Positions 16,691 to 20,000 of a DNA stretch of 20,000 bases are shown here, in pieces. The notes below the pieces were generated by a model. That model saw nothing but the letters and a program-made list of their open reading frames with translations, was not told where the DNA came from and made no database searches. The number at the start of each line of letters is the position of its first letter. The stretch's first letter is position 1. The translations under genes and the position numbers were made by a program. The stretch is from an uncultured virus (IMG/VR IMGVR_UViG_3300012000_000011) (Duplodnaviria; Heunggongvirae; Uroviricota; Caudoviricetes): the IMG/VR virus record IMGVR_UViG_3300012000_000011, one strand, 5' to 3'.

Positions 16691-18498
16691 CTGTTATCGT
16701 TGGAGAATCATTACCATCGTTGCCCATCACAACAGCAGACGTTCCAGAAATAAGAACGTTTGAAGCAACGTTCAACTACAACTTTTATACTCCAGATGAA
16801 CTGATTAACAGTAACATTGCAACAAACGCAAGACCTAACACTGTTGATTTTTCTAGAAACGTCCCACGATATGTTCGCTTGTCATGGAACAAAGTTAATA
16901 TAACGTCTGGAGATGTTGGTCGTGCAGATTTTATCGATGTATCAATAGAAGAAAACTCAGACAAAATCTTGGATGAAGACGATATTTCGCTTGCGTATTT
17001 TGATTCGTTCAAACAACAAGAATCAAGCTTTGTAACTCAACGTCAGCATATGCTTAGTCGTCTGTACGAGCAAATTAGATACAATCGTGTTAATGCAGGA
17101 TTGAACGATGCAATAAAAGCTTTGCATGAAATCACTCCCGAAGGTGTTGGCCAAGAGTTTCTTAATCGTTATTTAAACTACGGCTATTCCAGCGTAACAA
17201 ACACAACAGTTGCTGACCCAGCCAACAACTTTGAAACGATTTCAACAACGGTTCCTGTCGCAAACAAAGTGTTTGGTACATTGTTTCATGAAAAAATCAC
17301 AAACGATTCCTTGATTAACATCACACCAAGCATGACTGAAGGATTGTCGAAAATTTTTGAGAATCAATATGCTGTAAAAGCGTTTGCCAATCGTTTTAAT
17401 GGTTCTCAATACGATATGTCGTTAGATAATCCGATTACCACAAGAGTTGCAGAATTGCAAAACAACTTTGGTTTGGTATTTCAATCAACTGGATATGTGA
17501 TTGAAAGATATCGACAATCATCTAATGGTGAGCTAGTAGAGAAAACAACGTTTTACGTTGAAGACCCAAACACAACGGAATATTTTGACACTCAAGTTCT
17601 TTACAATCAACGATATGTTTATTTCATCAAAGTTGTTACATTGCTTCAAACGTTAACTTTCAATGCTGAACAAAGAGTTAATGTGATATCAACGTTTTTG
17701 ATTGGAAGCAAACAAACAAGAACAACGGTTATGTGTGAAGATTTAGCTCCACCAGAACCTCCAACAGATTTTTTCATTCGCTGGGATTATGGGTTAAAGC
17801 AACCTGTTCTTACATGGAACTTTCCTATTGATACCCGCCGCCACATCAAGTATTTCCAAGTTTTCAGAAGAAAGAACGTTGGACAAGTTCGTCCAGCACA
17901 ACTACCTTTTGAACTTGTAAGAATGTTTGACTTTAACGATTTACAAAATGCTTTTGGAATCTTTTATGAGAAGCCAACGTTAGGATCGGCAGGTTTGTTT
18001 CAGTTCTTAAAAGGCGAAGCCAACATTGATGCAAGCGTTGTTGTAGATCAAAATGCTTTACTTAATCAAGCTATATACTCAACAACTTGCTATATCGATG
18101 AAGAATTTGATCGTGAAGCTTATTACATTTATGCTGTTGCTTGTGTTGATGCTCACGGAATTACATCCAACTATAGCAATCAAATAGGTATAAACTTTAA
18201 CAAGCAACGCAATACAATTGAGCGTGTAGACGTTTCTGCACCCGGAGCACCAAAGCCTTATCCAAATCTATATTTGAACAAAGATGCTTTTGTAGACACA
18301 ATAAAAAACGAAGGATACAGTCAAATGACTGTTGTTTTCAATCCAGAATACTATGAGGTGTCACGACGAGACGGCGACAATATCAAGATTGTTAACTTTG
18401 GACCTGACAACAAATATAGAATCCAGTTGATTAACACAGACTTACAAACCGATCAGTTTATTGACATAACGGTTACCGACGACAGAAATCGAACTTAA
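16687..18498 (+). CDS. Hypothetical protein with Fn3-like domains (603 aa)
   Basis: GYVIERY...EYFDTQVLYNQRYVYFIKVV and PEPPTDF...PVLTWNFP...IKYFQVFRRK...YYIYAVACVDAHGITSNYSNQI fit Fn3 patterns. Confidence 0.7.
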   Translation: MTVIVGESLPSLPITTADVPEIRTFEATFNYNFYTPDELINSNIATNARPNTVDFSRNVPRYVRLSWNKVNITSGDVGRADFIDVSIEENSDKILDEDDISLAYFDSFKQQESSFVTQRQHMLSRLYEQIRYNRVNAGLNDAIKALHEITPEGVGQEFLNRYLNYGYSSVTNTTVADPANNFETISTTVPVANKVFGTLFHEKITNDSLINITPSMTEGLSKIFENQYAVKAFANRFNGSQYDMSLDNPITTRVAELQNNFGLVFQSTGYVIERYRQSSNGELVEKTTFYVEDPNTTEYFDTQVLYNQRYVYFIKVVTLLQTLTFNAEQRVNVISTFLIGSKQTRTTVMCEDLAPPEPPTDFFIRWDYGLKQPVLTWNFPIDTRRHIKYFQVFRRKNVGQVRPAQLPFELVRMFDFNDLQNAFGIFYEKPTLGSAGLFQFLKGEANIDASVVVDQNALLNQAIYSTTCYIDEEFDREAYYIYAVACVDAHGITSNYSNQIGINFNKQRNTIERVDVSAPGAPKPYPNLYLNKDAFVDTIKNEGYSQMTVVFNPEYYEVSRRDGDNIKIVNFGPDNKYRIQLINTDLQTDQFIDITVTDDRNRT

Positions 18499-20000
18499 AC
18501 CGTTCGAACATAAAGTCTTTGGCCTGCATCATATATTCTTTCCCATCCCAACTCTTCTGAATGTTGCTTTTCGGTAAGCTTCCTATTATCCATATTTGCT
18601 CTGCAACGCAATCGATTATAGGTGCTTGTTCCATCGGTCCATTTCCAACCCAACGTATCTTTTTTCCAAACAAATCCATGATTCAATAAATGTTCACCAG
18701 TGCCATATCTTAGATCAACCCAATACATGTATTCTTTAGCGTTTAAAAGCTTTTCTAAGGCAGTTAAAAGCTTTGTGAACCCTCCAACCACAACAACATT
18801 GCAAAGCGAACAAAAACGCTCTATGTGGCATGAGTTATTAGTTGCAAACGTTTTATAAGAAAGCAAACAAACCAACTTGTTGTTATCAAACAACCCGATA
18901 TGTTTTGCTGCGATATTTCCCATCAAATGATTGCTTTCTAAGAAAGACTTTGCTTGAGACTGAGAAACAAACTGTATAGTTGTTTTTCTAGCATATATTT
19001 TTTCTTGTATTACACCTGATTTGCTAGCAACAATAGATTTAACAATCTCAGGTTTTGTTTTGATTTCATCTTCGTGAAACTGGATTAGTTTGAGATTGTG
19101 TTCTTCAAATTTTTTACGAAGCTCAAAATGATAGTTTTTGGATTTGTTTGCTTCACTATGCCAATACAATCCATCAACGTTAACAAATAAGCTTTCGTTT
19201 ATTTTGAAATCTGGTTTGTATGGTAACTCTTTGATTGCTTTTTGATTGTAGTGAGAAGAAGCAAACAAAGATTCTGCAATCGATTCTAACGTTGTTTTAT
19301 TCTGAGAAAACCTTGTTAGTATATCTGTCAAGTTTTGTTGTGTAACTGCTTTGTTTTCTTTAAGTTCATTCCAAACATGACTATAAGAAGGTTTAGGAAC
19401 AGGTAAAGATTTCCACCAATCAATCACCGTTTGATTTGATTCTGAATCAATAATAACTTTGCTTTTTGATTGTGCATAATAAGGCTTGCCATATTTTTCT
19501 ACGCAAGTTTGTTGAGATTTATCATTTACACCGGGAAGTTGAAAAGGAGATCGAACTCCATATCTTTCTTCTAAAGTTTGCTTGACTTTCTCTTGCACAA
19601 CATTTGATTGACAAGCATGGTCTACTCCATACAAGTTTCTTATAGAAGCTTTTTGTTTTTCAAAAATATCTTTGTTTTGTGCTGGATAATCAACTCCATG
19701 ATTTATGTTTGTTGTTTTTCTTTTTTTCTCTTTGATTGTTTCTGCTTGTGATATGTTGTCAACACCGTATCGGTTTTTAATCGATCTTTCGTATTTGTTT
19801 CTTATTTCTTTAGAGTGCCAAGCATGTTCAACTCCATACTTTTCAATCATTGTTTGTTTAACTTTGTTTTGCACTTCTGAACCATGCAAAGAACAAGTGT
19901 TTCCATATCGATCAATGTTAGTTTGTTTACGATTTTCTAACGCTCTTTTTGGATGACAAGATCTTTGGGCATAAACATTTTTTGGGATAGCCGTAAAATA
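18495..20000 (-). CDS. Putative homing endonuclease, Vsr/DUF559-like PD-(D/E)xK nuclease plus C-terminal Hef-like domain, with N-terminal 23-aa repeats (5'-truncated)
   Basis: The frame stays open from TTG 19889 to the window edge (YFTAIPKNVYAQRSCHPKRALENRKQTNIDRYGNTCS), so the start lies outside the window. Motifs YKPDF...VNVDGLYWHSE...LIQFHEDE, then KIYARKT...FLESNHLMG...IERFCS...VVGGFTKLL...VDLRYGTG...RIYDAGQ, resemble phage Hef-like endonucleases. Confidence 0.75.
   Translation of the reverse strand, partial: YFTAIPKNVYAQRSCHPKRALENRKQTNIDRYGNTCSLHGSEVQNKVKQTMIEKYGVEHAWHSKEIRNKYERSIKNRYGVDNISQAETIKEKKRKTTNINHGVDYPAQNKDIFEKQKASIRNLYGVDHACQSNVVQEKVKQTLEERYGVRSPFQLPGVNDKSQQTCVEKYGKPYYAQSKSKVIIDSESNQTVIDWWKSLPVPKPSYSHVWNELKENKAVTQQNLTDILTRFSQNKTTLESIAESLFASSHYNQKAIKELPYKPDFKINESLFVNVDGLYWHSEANKSKNYHFELRKKFEEHNLKLIQFHEDEIKTKPEIVKSIVASKSGVIQEKIYARKTTIQFVSQSQAKSFLESNHLMGNIAAKHIGLFDNNKLVCLLSYKTFATNNSCHIERFCSLCNVVVVGGFTKLLTALEKLLNAKEYMYWVDLRYGTGEHLLNHGFVWKKDTLGWKWTDGTSTYNRLRCRANMDNRKLTEKQHSEELGWERIYDAGQRLYVRTV
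19467..19930 (-). repeat. Seven tandem 23-aa (69-nt) degenerate 'K-x-T-x3-(K/R)YGV' protein repeats
   Basis: The Gly of RYGN, KYGV, RYGV, NHGV, LYGV, RYGV and KYGK recurs at exactly 23-residue spacing (counted by hand). Confidence 0.85.

Noticed and set aside
18482..18491. ACAGAAATCG shared between the end of the 603-aa gene and 3148-3157, both next to endonuclease genes
   Set aside because: Only 10 nt, and the adjacent nucleases belong to unrelated families, so chance is sufficient.
19467..19930. 69-nt periodicity as a CRISPR array or DNA-level tandem repeat
   Set aside because: Conservation is at the amino-acid level within an ORF; there are no identical DNA repeats with unique spacers.
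323..19956. Short (60-107 aa) ORFs overlapping the long genes, mostly antisense
   Set aside because: All are nested in long coding genes, lack recognisable motifs and are expected shadow ORFs.

Overview
AT-rich, gene-dense window that reads as part of the virion structural (baseplate/tail) region of a large tailed phage; this is inferred from protein motifs and gene layout, not from a database hit. Eight long co-oriented + strand genes encode a 5'-truncated LamG-containing baseplate-wedge-like protein, Ser/Thr/Gly-rich putative structural proteins and two Fn3-like proteins. Three free-standing homing-endonuclease-like genes are present: two GIY-YIG genes inside the operon and one convergent, 5'-truncated Vsr/Hef-like gene. 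The main finding is that each GIY-YIG gene lies between two diverged, mostly synonymously recoded copies of a neighbouring gene's terminus. HEG1 is flanked by a duplicated 21-codon C-terminus (3147-3212 vs 4003-4068) and HEG2 by a duplicated 9-codon N-terminus (8664-8690 vs 9493-9519). This suggests intron-less endonucleases that insert into structural genes and repair them by bringing a replacement gene end. No RNA genes, CRISPR arrays, introns or inteins could be supported.
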